In this document: positions 50,027 to 64,000 of the stretch, piece by piece
Layout of the letters: each line of letters begins with the position of its first letter
Numbering within the stretch: the first letter of the stretch is position 1
NCBI RefSeq assembly: GCF_018977255.1
Contig: NW_024704742.1
Location: 75,332,001-75,396,000, forward strand
Source: Callorhinchus milii
Lineage: Eukaryota
Direction of reading: 5' to 3'
DNA: 64,000 bases
Translations under genes and position numbers: made by a program
The notes under the pieces: generated by a model
What the model was told of the DNA's origin: nothing
The model's input: the letters and a program-made list of their open reading frames with translations, nothing else
Databases searched by the model: none

Positions 50027-53000
50027 GGGATCGTTCAAATAAAATTGGTCTCTCATTTCATGCTTGTTTGTGGAACATTGCTGTGCGCAACTGTCTGACG
50101 CATTTTACACGCCGATGGTGTTCTTTTTCCCAGTCTCATGCCATTCCCACGGCTGTTCCTTGAGAATTGTTTTCCGAACCTTGTTCAATGTTTAGAACCA
50201 TAGTAATTTGCAGCACAGAAGAATGAACATTCAGACCATCGTGTTTGTGCTGACTCCTTTGGATCCTTTAATCCTTTCAGCCCCATTTACCTTCCCTTTC
50301 CCCAAACTCCTGTAGTTGACTCGTTTTTAGATATTTTATCTTATTCCATTTTGAAAGACAATATGGATTCTGACTCAACCACCGCTCCGATTAGGGCATT
50401 TCAAATACCAATAACTCTTGTGTGTGAAAAAAATCATATGGGGAGAAAAATATTAATAATTTGAATTACAAACGTCTAAGCCTTTTAAATAATGTCCACA
50501 GAGGGTTCCTGTAACAACCGTATGGTAATACTGCAAAAATCATTGTGATCTTGTCCTCTGGGCTTTGCCTCATAGTGCGAGCATCTGAGTTAGCATTCTA
50601 TTGCAGTTTTTCTCCTGTACATGTTTTCAGGTCAATGGTTATTTTCCATCAATTTTGTGGTGCTCAATGAAGCTTAGTGGTGTTAACAATTTTAGCTGGA
50701 TGAAGAAAGGATAAAAAAACCTGAAGTTCTTATTCACTGGAGCAGACAAGTACAAGAGTGATCTAATCGAAGTGCTCAGAAATAAGAAAGGTTTTGAGAG
50801 AATAAATAGTGAAAGATTATTTCTACTGGCTGGTTAAACAGTAACAAGGAGACATAAACTCAAGCTATTACTAGAAGCATAAAGCTGGAAGAAATGCTTA
50901 CGCGAATGATTATAAGGATGTGGAACACATTACCACAAATAACGATTAAATTATTGTTGACAAGAAAGCATTTACACAAGTCCTGGTTGTCCATTGAGTT
51001 ACTGCAATAACCTCTCCTTGGTTCCTTATTGTGATTTTAACAACATTTAAAGTCAGTAATTAAAGTCAGCCCCCGCGAGTAGGTAGTGACTGGGATTTTG
51101 TTTCATTTAGTTCATATTTCAGCCATGCCATGCCTCCAATTCACACTCCAGAATCTCCAAGGCTGTGCTCTTGCCAATTTGTGCCTAAAATCTGAGGGAT
51201 TAGGTGAACAGGATGTGTCCTTTGGGGAAAGAGGGTACACTCCAAAACAAACGAACAGTATCCATCCATTTGTGGAACTCTCATTAGTTTGGTTTGGAGA
51301 CTCTTAGAGATGGCGATTTTTTTTTAACATGCATCAGACATCCATAATAAGTTCTGCATACAATAGTACTGTGACATGATATCTACACCCGTCAGTCTCC
51401 AGTCCTCCTGCATTTTTACGTGTAATTAATAGTTTATATGTTGTTTGCTTTCGTCTTCACAGATGGACCGTCAATATATTCCAGCTCCACCCCTTCAGTG
51501 CCAGAGATTTGTGTCTTAGACACCAGTGAGACACCAGTGCAGAATCCCTTGGCTGAAAGGGGTCCTTCTCTATAGCAACCAAGTGATGATGGCAGTAATA
51601 ATAATCCTTACATGTGGTACAGCATCTTTCACATCAGGAGGATGTCCCAAAAGCACTTCACAGGGTGTACTATAAAGTGCAGTGATTGTGTGCTTTGAAA
51701 GTGACGCTGCTTACCTAAGCCCAGAACGTATTAAACCCCAAGTGCTCTGCAGATGAGGATTGCACAAATGCCCTCTGGCAATCTTGCAAATAACTGTGGT
51801 CTAGTGCTTTTCTACTAAATCACATATTGTTTGCTTCCTGTATTTTGTTTTGTCCACACAGAGTAGATGTTCAAAAACTAATACTACAAGTCGCTGGCAA
51901 TGAAAGATAAAAGAAAAATGCTATTCAGCAGAACATATCACACATTAATGAGAATGTTCCAGCAGGTAATTCAGCTCCTGGAAAAGTCTCGTCTTTTAGT
52001 GCAAAAGTGTTCTTGAAATACAAAAATGTACCTTTTTCTCCTTAGCTTCTCACAACATTTTGATTCACAACTATATAATCCCGTCTGTCAACAAGTAGAC
52101 TATGTGACTCCCTCTCCAGTGCAAAATTATATTCTAAAATAAAGAGCTGGGACAAGAACCCACTTCTTACACTGTTAATAAGTAGTCCTATGTTTCAATT
52201 TCTATCAAATGGCTGTATGAAGAGATTGTATTTCAAAACATTGGGGTGTGTGTCAGCCTGACGCAGTGTTGTCTCTGAGCCAGAAGGTTGTGGGTTCAAA
52301 CCCCACGTCGGCACTTGAAATCATACAGTCTAAGCTGATACTCCATTGCAGTGATGGGTGTGTTACATTATTGGAGATGTCGTCCTTCGGATGAGAGCTT
52401 AAACTGAGGTTCCGTCTGCCTGTTCAGGTGGATGTTAAAGATCCCATGAGTAGGGAATTCCTCCTGGTGACCTGGCCAACAATCCTCCACATAAAATTGG
52501 TCATTTACCCTATGGCTGTTTGTGGGACACTGCTGTGCCCAACTGGCTGCCATGTTTCACCCACAAAATACACAGTCAATCCACTTTACAGTTTATCCTG
52601 TGAAGCACTTTGAGAGATTTCAATGACTTGATGAGACACTATATCAAACGCAAGGATTACTATTGCATTTATTTATTTGTTTGTTTGTTTATTTATTATT
52701 GTACTTTATTATAAAGTACAGCATTCACAACAGGATTGGAAAATAATTTGTAGATATTGAATCCTGCAAATAGCCAGATGTACTTCCCAATAGGCTGTGG
52801 GAACTCAGCTCCAAGAAAAAGATTGTCACAACTCAGTTTTGTTTGATTAGAGTGTTTGGTAGACAGCTTTCGCACATCAGTGTTATTGGTCTTATCCAGC
52901 TTGTCATTGTGATACCGAAATAACTAAAAATACAAATGGTTAATCGATTGAAGAACGCTTATTGTTCAGTAGTTTCCTGTCAGTGCAAGGTTGACATTTC

Positions 53001-56000
53001 TATTTCTCAGTTGTGAAGAGAGGGAAAGCACACCCTGTTCTACACTGACAGAGTCTCTAATCTGCTTTTCTCTGCAATCCTTTTCAAAATTCTATCCACA
53101 TTCCAGTTTGGAGATCAAAGGGAATGACACAAAACTTGGGAACTCAGTGGAATTGCAAACTGAGAAGGGAAACCAAGAAACACGCTGCATACAGAAAGAC
53201 CAGAAGCGGCATCCCTACTAATGTGAGGCTTTGATTTTAGAAGAACAAGGAGTGGAGTGGAGGGTGGAGTGCAAGTAACACAAACCAAGAAAGGACAGTA
53301 ATGTTACCAAGGATGACAAAAACAGAGATAATCAAACGGAGCATCAGTGCAAACCACAGGAACCCTGTGTGAAATGCAGAAGGTGTGAGCGCCTGTAACT
53401 GTTTGTACCCCACTCCTCTGCTCACCCACTTCACTCAGCTGGCAAAGGGCTGCTCCTCGTCCTCCAATCCCTTCGCCCTACCATCGCTGAATGGGCCTTC
53501 AGCCATTACAACCCTAACCTAGAACTTCCTGCCTCAATTGCTCCACCTTACCTCCCTTAAAAATCCCACTTTAAACTACCTCTTCACCTGAACCTATGGT
53601 CACCTCTTTCTTCTCCCTTGCTTGGAGTCCAACCCTGCTACAGTTCAATGCTCCAAGCTGCTATCCTGCACAAAGGGTACTATATAAATGCAAGTTGTTG
53701 TCATTGTAACTAGTTCCTCTAGTTCATTGAATCGTTGACTGTTACCCAGGTCCAGAGAAATGACTCTGGACTGCTACACAGGTCCCTGAGCTGACTAGTA
53801 TCTTTATCTTTCAGCTCATGTATTGCAAAGCTGGAACAAACAATAACAGTTATTTAAATGTTCTAAGTAACTTTAATATTAATTTAATTTGCAACTTAAA
53901 AGATGCCAGCCTGCATCAGTTGGCAGCACTCTGAAAGTTGTGAGTCCAAGCACCAATCTGGGACTTTGAACTCACATGGTCTATCTAGGCTGACACTCCA
54001 ATGCAGTACGAGGGTAGCACTAGATTTTTGGAGGTGCTGATTTTTGGATGAGACATTAAACTTGTCTGCCTGCTCAAGTGAACATCAAAGATCCCATGAC
54101 ACTATTTGAAAAGAGAAGAGCGTTTCTCCCAGAGTCCGGGCCAACAATGCTGCAGGTAAAAATTGGTCATTCACTTCATAGGACCCTGCCTATAAAATAC
54201 ACAGTCACTATGTTTTACCGTAAGATGCTGTGAAGCACTTTCCAACATGAAATGCATTATATCAAATTTGACGATATTTATTGTAAGATGTACAAAATCA
54301 TGTCTACAGAAACAATTACAGCTAACCCTTCAGATGTATTTAATAATCAATGTAAAGATTGCAGAATCACGTAGAGGTAGCAAAGATCTTACAAAGGGAG
54401 CTCAGCAGGTTATTTATTTGGGCTGAACAAGTGAAGTTCAGGTAGCATATATAGAAAGTAAACATAAGAGGCAAATATATATACCACTCTATGATCGTAA
54501 TATGCTTATTGGGATTGAGAAAGTAATTCCAGAAAAAGAATAACCCAAGGTTGCAGGGAAGAAAAGCATAAATTGTGAAATACCAGGAAATATTTAATTA
54601 CACATATTTTAATCAATATCTGGGAGAGGTTACCAGGAAAGGTGGAAGAAGCCAAGCACTTGATTAATTTGAGAAACAGCTTGATACTATAATGAGAAGA
54701 CAATAGAGTGAGTATTCTGGAACGGTGAAATCAAACAGGTCAGAGGACCTTCTTCATCTGCACCTCTCTTTAAAGTAACAGTTTGGTGGAACCTATCTAT
54801 ACAATTAAATATTACCGTCAACCTCCTTCTTTGTACATGATCTAATCTTGCTTCAGAACTTACTTCACTTACAAAAAATTATAATAAATAATAAGTGGTC
54901 ACTCAATCCATGAATGTTTGTGGGTCACTGCTGGGCGCAAGTGGCTGTCACGTGAAATCACTTTACAGTATATTCTGTGAAGCGCTTTGAGATGTCTCAA
55001 AGACATGATAAGGCACTATATCAAATGGAAGGATTATTATTATTATTACAGTTGCTCTTTTCCTGCATCTTTTAGGGCTGATTTTCCAGGGAAAATGTAT
55101 ATTTTTTGTGGCCTTGCGACCAAAGTTCTTCACAATAATTCTAGGTACGGCCTGATCAATTCATTGCAAATCTCAAACTTAATTTCTAAGGACGTTTCTT
55201 CTGTTCTGGTTATCTTCAACTTCTAAAATTGTTATGTTGCCTGGAAATTAAATCTGACATATGTGCCTTACTCCAACGTCTTTTCTAATTCTTCCTTATC
55301 AAATTAATTTTGATTCATTCTATACTAAGACTCACATATTTCTACCCGTGTATAAGAACGAAAGAATTTCATTTTTATGGAGCCTTATTACACTAAAATA
55401 TCTCAAAGCCTTTCACAAGTAATTGTTGTCAAGTGACTGTTCTGTAGGCGAATATGACAGCTATTTGCACCACAGGGCACCACAAGCAGCCGTAATGTGA
55501 ATGCCCAATCAATGATCACAATCTTTATTTCTAATGCCAAATATCAAGTTTAAACTTGGCATTTTCCATTTCCTAATCTATCAACTTTTTACCCAATGTA
55601 TCCCTTAATGAATTTTTAACCCACCATCCATTACTTACATCACTAAAAGGTTCTTTAAATCTCCATTCCTGCTGGCTACAATCTGCCTTTCACTTTTTCG
55701 CTTATCTCTTTCAGAACTTTTTTTTCAGTTATCCTCAGATGACTTCCAATCTTTTTAAAACTACTTTTTATTTCCTTATATCTTTATCAGCCTGGATCAG
55801 TTGGTAGCATTCTCGCTTTTGCGATTGAAGGTTATGGGTTCTCCCACGTCGGGGTTTGGAACACATATAATCTAAGCTGAGATGTGATAAGTGGCTATAT
55901 CAAATGCAAAGATTGTTATTATCTTTGAGTATAGGCTTCATCTTAGCTTTGGCTTTTTGTTTGGCAATAATAATAATCCCTGCATTTAATAGAGCACTTT

Positions 56001-56435
56001 GTCATGTCTCAAAGCGCTTCACAAGAAGTGTAGTGACTGTATTTGTAGACAAACAGGCAGACAATTTGCCCACAACAATGGGGCAGAATGGAACAGCCAC
56101 TAAGTTGACCAATTTTGTCTGTTGATCGATGGCTAGAACGCTGAGAGAAATTCTCTTCTCTTTTCGAATAGTGCCATGGGATCTTTAATATCCACCTGAA
56201 CATGCAGATGGGACCTTGTTTAACATCTCACCCAAGCAATGGGACCATGCTTCTCCAGCACTGTATTACCTAATACCACAAAGTATTAGTCACAGGAGCT
56301 TAGACTATGTGTTCAAAGTCCTCACTTGGGCTTCATCCCACAACCTTCTGATTTACAACAACAACAACTTGGATTTATTTAGCGCCCTTCACGCAGGATA
56401 GAGTCCTGGAACGCTTCACAGTGGCTGAGTCTGAC

Positions 56436-57986
56436 CCCAACTCTACCTTTCCTCCTCTACCCTCAACTCCACGACCACCAATGTCCTGACAGCTGCCTGT
56501 CCGACATCGAGTCCTGGACGAGAGACAACTTTCTTCAGCTCAACGTGCGAAAAACCGAGGCCCTCCTGATTGGCTCACGTCAGCGCCTCCGCACCTCAGG
56601 CGCTGACACCATCAGCATCCAAGGCTGCACTTTCCACCTCTCAAAGCCATCAGGAACCTCGGCGTTTTGTTCGACCCTGAGCTGTCCTTTCTCCCTCACA
56701 TCCGCACCACAACTGGCACCGCCTTCCATCACCTCCGGAATATCGCCAGACTACGGCACTACCTCATCCCTCACGCTGCTGAACCCCTGGTTCACGCCTT
56801 TGTCACCTCAAGGCTGGACTATGGGAACTCTCTCCTCGCCGGCCTTCCCGCCACCTCCCTCCACAAGCTGCAGGTCATTCAGAACTCTGCAGCTCGTGTA
56901 CTGTCCCGCACCAGGCTTCGGGACCACATCACTCCCACCCTCGCTCGCCTCCACTGGCTCCCCATCCCCCAGAGGATTGATTTCAAGATCCTCATCCTCA
57001 CCTACAAGGCCATTCACGGCCTTGCTCCCTCCTACCTCTCCAACCTACTATCCCCCTACCTACCTGCCCGTACCCTCCGTTCCTCTGGCTCCGGTCTGCT
57101 CCACGTCCCCCGCCCCAACCGCCCTACCATCGGTGGTCGGGCCTTCAGCCTCTCAGCCCCGAGGCTCTGGAACAAAATCAGAAGCTCGAATATTACTTGT
57201 CCTTAATCTATGAGGGATTCCATACAAGTCCTGGAGTCCTATAGGTTAGGGGTTAGAGCACTCGTCTCGCAAGCGAGAGACCAGGGTTCAATTCCTGACA
57301 GGGCGAAAGCTTGGGCAAGTTTCCTTACTCCACACGCCTGATAATAATCCCTCAAGAAAAAAAACACGACTGTTTGTGGGACACTGCTGTGCGCAATTGG
57401 CTGCCGCGTTTCATCCACAAATATAGTCAATTCACTTTACAGTATATTCTGTGAAGCGCTTTGAGATGTCTAGAAGATGCCATTCACGGCCTTGCTCCCT
57501 CCTACCTCTCCAACCTACTATCCCCCTACCTACCTGCCCGTACCCTCCGTTCCTCTGGCTCTGGTCTGCTCCACGTCCCCCACCCCAACCGCCCTACCAT
57601 CGGTGGTCGGGCCTTCAGCCTCTCAGCCCCCAGGCTCTGGAACTCCATCCCCCAGTGCCTTCGCCTTGCTTCCTCCCTTTCCTCCTTCAAGGCCGGTCTC
57701 AAAACCTTTCTCTTTGACCGAGCCTTCAGCTCCCCTCTCAACTCTCTTCCTCCTCCTCGCTCCCTCCCTTCCCTCCCCTCACCCTGACCATTTCCCCCCT
57801 CCTCGCTCCCTCCCTTCCCTCCCCTCACCCTGACCATTTCCCCCTCCTCTCTCCCTCCCTTCCCTCCCCTCACCCTGACCATTTCCCCCCTGCTCGGGTC
57901 ATGACCCAACTGTGCAGCGCCTTGGGACGTCCTCCTGACGTGAAAGGCGCTCTATAAATGGAATCTTGTTGTTGTTGTTGTTGTTG
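56436..57986 (+). mobile_element. Composite young L2 - SINE - L2 insertion
   Basis: L2 56436-57173, unrelated ~60 bp, SINE 57233-57479, then L2 57479-57986 repeating 57009-57173 and ending in (TTG)n. Confidence 0.85.
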
Positions 57987-58281
57987 AGAGTGCTATTGAC
58001 AGAGTCAGGCTGACACCTGACACAACAGTCTAGGTTTCTATAGGATTATATTTTCTTTCTACATCCCTTAGAATACTGTTTACAAATATTTACATTTAAG
58101 CTTTATTCTTGCCCAAAGTAAACGTTAAGACACCTATGGACTGGTATATTTTGGATGACGGATAGTAAAACCATAACAAGAAAAGATAATTTAGCCACAC
58201 AAGGCTTTCTGTGCCACATGTAACATACTCTGTCTTGGCCTCTGCTCAAACCTGAAGAAACATTGGGCAAGTCAGGCAGGT

Positions 58282-58545
58282 CAGGGCGAAACCTTGGGCA
58301 AGTTTCCTTACTCCATACAGAGCCTAATAATAATCCCTCCAAAACAAAACAAAACAATAATAATTGGTCATTTTCAATCTACGACTGTTTGTGGGACATT
58401 GCTGTGCGCAATTGGCTGCTGCGTTCGCCCACAAATATACAGTCAATTCACTTTACAGTGTGTTCTGTGAAGTGCTTTGGGACGTCCTCCCGACGTGAAA
58501 AGCGCTATATCAAATGCAAGGATTATTATTATTATTATTATTATT
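58282..58545 (+). mobile_element. Young SINE, head truncated
   Basis: Near-identical to the other young copies. Confidence 0.9.
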
Positions 58546-60027
58546 AACTCCTTTAGTTGGGAATGTAGCTACATTATCTGCTCCTTTGAGGTTTATAAAA
58601 CTTGGATCTTGTCCTTTTCAATTTAATGGAGTGAAGGAGCAGACAGCAGTCATCAATTTTCAAGATTAAAATGTGTTTCTATTAGAATTAGTGGATTGCA
58701 GGTGGTAGAATCCCAGATTGGTTATTATATTTGAAACACAAATATTTAAACATACAGCGCCTTTAATGAACCATATTTATACCTTAATAACCCTTGAATT
58801 TCAAATGGCACTTTTCACACCGTGAGGATGTCTCAAAGAACTTCACAGGATTTACTCAAAAATGTAGTCACTGTATATTTTTCAGGTGAACACAGCAGTC
58901 AGTGCGCAGACAGCAATGTCCCACAGACATCCATGAAATGAATGACCAATTTATCTGGGTGACATTAGGCTGGGAGAAATTTCCTTCCCTTCTTGAGTCG
59001 TGCTATGGAATTTTTAGTGAACACCTGAACAGGTAGACGGGAATCTCAGATTAATGTCTCATTCAAAGGACAGCAACCTTCAATAATGTAGCACTCCCCC
59101 AGCCCTGCATTGGAGTGCCAGTCTAGACTTTGAGATCAAAGTCTCAATTTGGAGTTTGAGCTCACAACCTCTGCAGGTTCAAGCTCCAGAGGCTTGACCG
59201 CTACCAACTGACACAGGTTGACACCCTGAAGCCAGTTGTGACAAAACTAGGATATGGAGTGTGGTGCTTCATGAGGTGATGCTAGAACACTTGTTTTAGT
59301 AACCATAAATAATATGGCTTTTGCAGTTGATACCGGGAGAAACCTCCTTCTCTTTTCGAGTAGTACTATGGGATCTTTAACATGAGTTCAAAGTCCTGAC
59401 ATGGGAACTGAACCCACAACCCATGCCTATTCTGACTCATAGGCAAGAGCGCTACAAACTAAGTCAGGCTGACACCCCAAAAGCACCACCTTTCCTGTAA
59501 CCCTGGAGATATTAGCATTCAGAAAATGACTGAAGGCGTACCACCCATGTGATAGCAGATGGTTCCAGAACAGTTTTTATATGTTACGTGAATTTTACAC
59601 AGAAACAAAACCAAATCTGCTGTGACTGGGAAGAGCTGATTAAATATTCATGGGCTAATATATTATTGAATCTGTATTACACGATGGTCCCTGCAGTAAT
59701 GTTGCAAAGTAATTATATTAGAAACATTTTTTAATGTTGAAAAACATTAAAGTAAAACAATTTTTTTGATGAAGTAACGGAGAGGGTGGATGAAGGTAGT
59801 GCAGTTGATGTAGTTTACATGGTTTTTCAAAAGGTGTTTGATAAATGCCACATAAGAGACTTGTAAGCAAAATAGAAGCCCACAGTATTAAAGGGACAGT
59901 GACAGCATGGATACAGAACTGACTCAGAGACAGAAAGAAGAGTGGGGTGAACAGTTGTTTTTCTGATTGGAGGGAAGCGTGCAGTGGTGTCTCTCAGGGG
60001 GTCAGTATTGGGACCATTGCTATTTTT

Positions 60028-60411
60028 AGACTCGTATTCAAGTCCCTGCACTCCTCTGTACCCCCCTACCTCTCTGACCTCCTCTCTCCTCAGCACAGTA
60101 CCTGTTGCCTCCGTTCCTCTGGGTCTGGCCTCCTCCTTGTCCCCCGAGTCCTCCGCTCCACCCTCAGCGGCCGTGCCTTCAGCCTCTATGCCCCAAAGTC
60201 TGGAACTGCTTTCCTCACTCCTTTCGTCTCGTTCCCTCCCTTCCCATTTTCAGGTCTCAGCTGAAGACCTTTCTTTTCAACCGCGCCTTTGGTCACCTTC
60301 GCACCTTCACACCCCTCCCCCTGACTCGGTCCCGGGGATCCTAAACTGTAAAGCGCTCTGAGATGCCATCCGGCATGGAGGGCGCTATATAAATCCAAGT
60401 TGTTGTTGTTG
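60028..60411 (+). mobile_element. L2 3' fragment inserted in the CR1 RT region
   Basis: FKSLH..PPYLSDLL...LKTFLFNRAF plus (TTG)n; ttttt duplicated at 60023-60027 and 60412-60416; removal restores CR1 LFLIYINDL. Confidence 0.88.
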
Positions 60412-61300
60412 TTTTTGATCTATATAAATGACCTGGAATTGGGTGTAGGGAGTACAATTTCTAGTTTGCAGATGATACTAAACTAGGAAAAGTAGTAAAC
60501 AGTGAGGAGGATAGTATCAGACTGCAAGAGGACATAGATAGGCTGGTAAAATGGGCAGACACATGGCAGATGATGTTTAATGTGGGGAAATGTGAAGTGA
60601 TACATTTTGGGAGGAAGAATGAGGAGATGCAATATAAGCTGATGGTACAATCATAAAGGGGGTGAAGGAACAGAGAGACCTGGGGGTTCAAATAAGTACA
60701 TCTTTGAAGGTGGCAGGACAGGCAGATAAAGCTGTTAAAAAAGCATACGGGATACTAAGCTTTATAAATAGGGGCATAGAATAAAAAAGTCAGGAAGTTA
60801 TGATGAACCTTTATAAAACACTGTAAGGCCTCAGCTAGAGTACTGCGTTCAGTTCTGGGCACCACATTTTAGGAAGGATGTCAAGGCATTGGAGAGGGCG
60901 CAAAGGAGATTTACCAGGATGGTGCCAGGAGTGAGGGACTTCAGTTATCAGGAGAGGCTCGAGAAGCTGGGATTATTCTCCTTGGAGCAGAGAAGGTTAA
61001 GAGGAGACTTAATGGAAGTTTTCAAAATGATGAGGGGATTTGATAGGGTGAAGAAGGAGAAACTATTTCCACCGGCGGGTGAGTTGGTAACCCGAGGGCA
61101 CCAATTTAAAATAGTTGTTAAAAGAAACAGAGGGGAGGTGAGGAGAATTTTTTTCACACAGCGAGTTGTTTGGATCTGTAATGCATTGCCTGAAAGGGTG
61201 GCGGAAGCCAATTCGACAACAACTTTTAAGAGAAAAGTAGATAATTATTTGGGGAGGACAAGTTTCCAGGGTAATGGGGAAACAGTGGGATAATTAGATA

Positions 61301-62702
61301 CAAGAGCAACAATATTACATTTATATAGCGCCTTTCGCGTCGGGAGGACGTCCCAAGGTGCTGGACAGTCAGAGTTACGGACCCGAGCTGAGGGTCAGGG
61401 TGGGGGAGGGCAGGGGGGGAAGCAGGGAGATTGAAAGCACGGTCGAAGAGGAGGATCTTGAAGGTGGCGAGGGAGGGGGCAAGACGGAGGGACTGCGGGA
61501 GTTCCAGAGGGTGGGGGCAGAGTGGGCGGAAAGCCTGCCCGCCGATAATGGGGCGAGCAAGGTGGGGGATGTGAAGCAGGCCAGAGCCCGCTGAGCGGAG
61601 GGAGTGAGCAGGATGGTAGGGAGTTAGGAGGTTGGAGAGGTAGGGGAGAAGCAAGACCATGGAGGGCTTTGAAGGTGAGGACCAGGATCTTGAACTGTAT
61701 CCTCTGTGTGATGGGAAGCCAGTGGAATCGGGCGAGGATGGGGCTGATAGGATCACGGAGCCTAGTGCGGGAGATGACACGGGCTGCAGAGTTCTGGATG
61801 ATCTATACAGCCTCTGGAGGGAGGAGTTGGGGAGGCCAACAAGCAGTGAGTTTCATAGTCGAGCCTCGATGTAATGAAGGCATGTATGAGGGGTTCCACG
61901 GCCTGCGGTGTGAGACAGTGTTGGAGACAGGCGACGTTGCGGAGGTGGGGAAGGCAGAGTGGGTCATGGTGTGAATGAGGGGTAGAAAGGATAGTTGAGG
62001 GTCGAACAAGATCCCAAGGTTCCGGTTTGCAAGCTTGAGTATGCAACCATACTCAAGCATACGCTGTCAGCTCCTGAGGTGAGGAGGCGCTGACGGGGGC
62101 CAATCAGGAGAGCCTCGGTCTTGTTGACATTCAATTGAAGAAAGTTGGCTCTCATCCAGGACTTGATGTTTGACAGACATTCTGTCAGGACAGCAGTGGT
62201 CCTGGAGTCAAGGGTGAAGGCAGAGAGATAGAGGTTGACCCCATGTCTGCGGATGATGTCACCAAGAGGGAGCATATAGATGTTGAAGAGGATGGGACCA
62301 AGGACAGAGCCCTGAGGAACGCCGCCCAAGATGGTTTGTGGGCTAGAGGAGAAGCCATTGGAGGAGATGAAGTGCAGGCGGTGTGAGAGTTACGATCTGA
62401 ACCAATCAAGCCATGGAGGTTGAGGTGAGAGGAGAGGCAGTGGATGACGATAGAGTGGTCGACGGTGTCGAAAGCAGCAGAGAGGTCAAGGAGGACGAGG
62501 AGGCAGAGAGAGCCCTGGTCGCAGACGGACAGAAAGTCATTTGTCACTTAGACCAGAGCAGTTTCTCTGCTGTGGTCGACACGGAAACCCGATTGGAGGG
62601 GTTTGAGAAGGGCGTGGCAGGAGAGGAAGGAGCGAAGCTGAAAAGCAACAACTCGTTCTAGGACCTTGGAGAGGAAGGGGAGGTTGGAGATGGGGAGGTT
62701 GG
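61301..62702 (-). mobile_element. L2 (RT to tail) inserted in the CR1 3' UTR
   Basis: [27 protein letters not shown] and [13 protein letters not shown] motifs; agata TSD at 61296-61300 and 62703-62707. Confidence 0.9.
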
Positions 62703-63789
62703 AGATAGCTCTTTTCAAAGAGCCGGCACAGAATCGATAGGCCGAATGGCCTCCTTCTGTGCTGTATAACTCTACGACTTTATGATTCTGTGAAATGCGA
62801 TAAATATTGAATCTGTGTGATTGAAATGGCTGAAATTTGATTGCAGTTACTGACTGGTTGCAGCTGCAGAGAACTGAAAGACACAAGGGAAAAATTCTAG
62901 GTCAGCACTAGGTGGAGTCTGGAAACCCCAAATACCATTTCGCCATTTGCGTTTAATCTTTGACTAACTGCAAATTATGTACAGCTGCCAAGACTATAAT
63001 TTAGAAGCCATGTAAGAAGAGGGTGTTTCATATGAATTCTGTCCTTGGATAGTGTGGAAACTGCAAAGAGAAACTTAGCACAGATGTCATGTACACAATC
63101 CTACTCACTAGAATATAGTGTTTGATAGTGTATGAAACTGACCACACAATATGAGTGCTGCTTGATACAGGAAACATGTCATGTTAGTATTTTTTGGAAT
63201 TTTTGGTTGTTTAAATATTAAAATTATAAAGAAGTGGATAACACAACAATGAGTCACAAGAACAGAGGTAATAATGATGATTCATGATATCGCTGTGCTG
63301 ATGATGAGCAAGTCTTGTCCTCCTGCTATGATGCTGTTGCAGAACATTGTGCTTGAAACTGAGGCTGGTTGGGTGATGTTCACTTCCTTTGAAGTGTTAG
63401 AATGTGGGTTGAAGGGATTGATTTGGGATACTTTTCTATTCGTACTATTAGATTTTTCTTTCAAAGTTTAACTTTATTTCATGTATTTCATATTTCAGTA
63501 GCTCAGCCAGTTAAGAACTCAGGTTAGAATTTGCCAAGAAAGAACTGGAAAGAGATCCAGGGGGTGTTAGTTGACTCATCACTCGCCTCATAAAAACAGC
63601 TTGAGGCAACAAAAACAAGGCAAACAGGCTGTTGGGCTTTAATGCTAAATATAAAGGTCAGATCCCTTTGAAGTCCTACTCAAGCTATATAATGCTCTGG
63701 TCAGCCTCTATCTTGAATACTGAATAGAGTTCTGGTCATCCAGATTGAAGGGGCTACCCAAACCCGCACGCGGAGCAATCGGGAATCAT

Positions 63790-64000
63790 GGAGTCCTATA
63801 GCTCAGTGGTTAGAGCGCTCGCTTTGCAAGCGAGAGACCCGAGTTCAGTTCCAGGCAGGGCGAAACCTTGGGCAAGTTTCCTTACTCCACACGCCTAATA
63901 ATAATCCCTCCAAAACAATAATAAAAATTGGTCATTTTCAATCTACGACTGTTTGTGGGACATTGCTGTGCGCAATTGGCTGCCGCGTTCGCCCACAAAT
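63790..64000 (+). mobile_element. Young tRNA-Ala SINE running off the window end
   Basis: ggagtcctatagctcagtggttagagcgctcgctttgcaagcgag head. Confidence 0.9.

Larger units (their letters stand above)
59759..62790 (+). mobile_element. CR1 LINE (RT to 3' UTR) carrying two L2 insertions
   Basis: [50 protein letters not shown] and RRLRGDL motifs; 3' UTR ggccgaatggcctccttctgtgctgta...tatgattct at 62704-62790. Confidence 0.9.

Noticed and set aside
1..64000. CRISPR array or prokaryotic defence system
   Set aside because: Eukaryotic intron-containing DNA; recurring motifs are dispersed SINE/LINE tails, not regularly spaced repeats with spacers.

Overview
Vertebrate genomic DNA, most likely a cartilaginous fish. 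The repeat content resembles holocephalans such as Callorhinchus, but this is inferred, not verified. Two genes are recognisable. (1) The last five coding exons of PIGG (GPI ethanolamine-phosphate transferase 2), + strand, about 102-11873, with frame-consistent GT-AG junctions. (2) The intronless CDS of TMEM271, - strand, 30626-31522, in a CpG island, convergent with PIGG; the two genes are also neighbours in human. The rest is intronic or intergenic and dense in retroelements: young and old L2 LINEs, CR1 LINEs, many tRNA-Ala-headed SINEs with a Deu-like body and L2-type tail, one probable RTE fragment, hAT-type MITEs, and a short Penelope-like repeat with a decayed hammerhead ribozyme core. 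I found no new protein-coding system; most ORF-track entries are TE shadows or simple repeats. The most interesting signals concern retroelements: a TSD-flanked bipartite L2 derivative, a covarying 3' stem-loop shared by L2s and SINEs, an L2-SINE-L2 chimera, and hammerhead remnants. The flanks and C-terminal tail of TMEM271 are also unusual.
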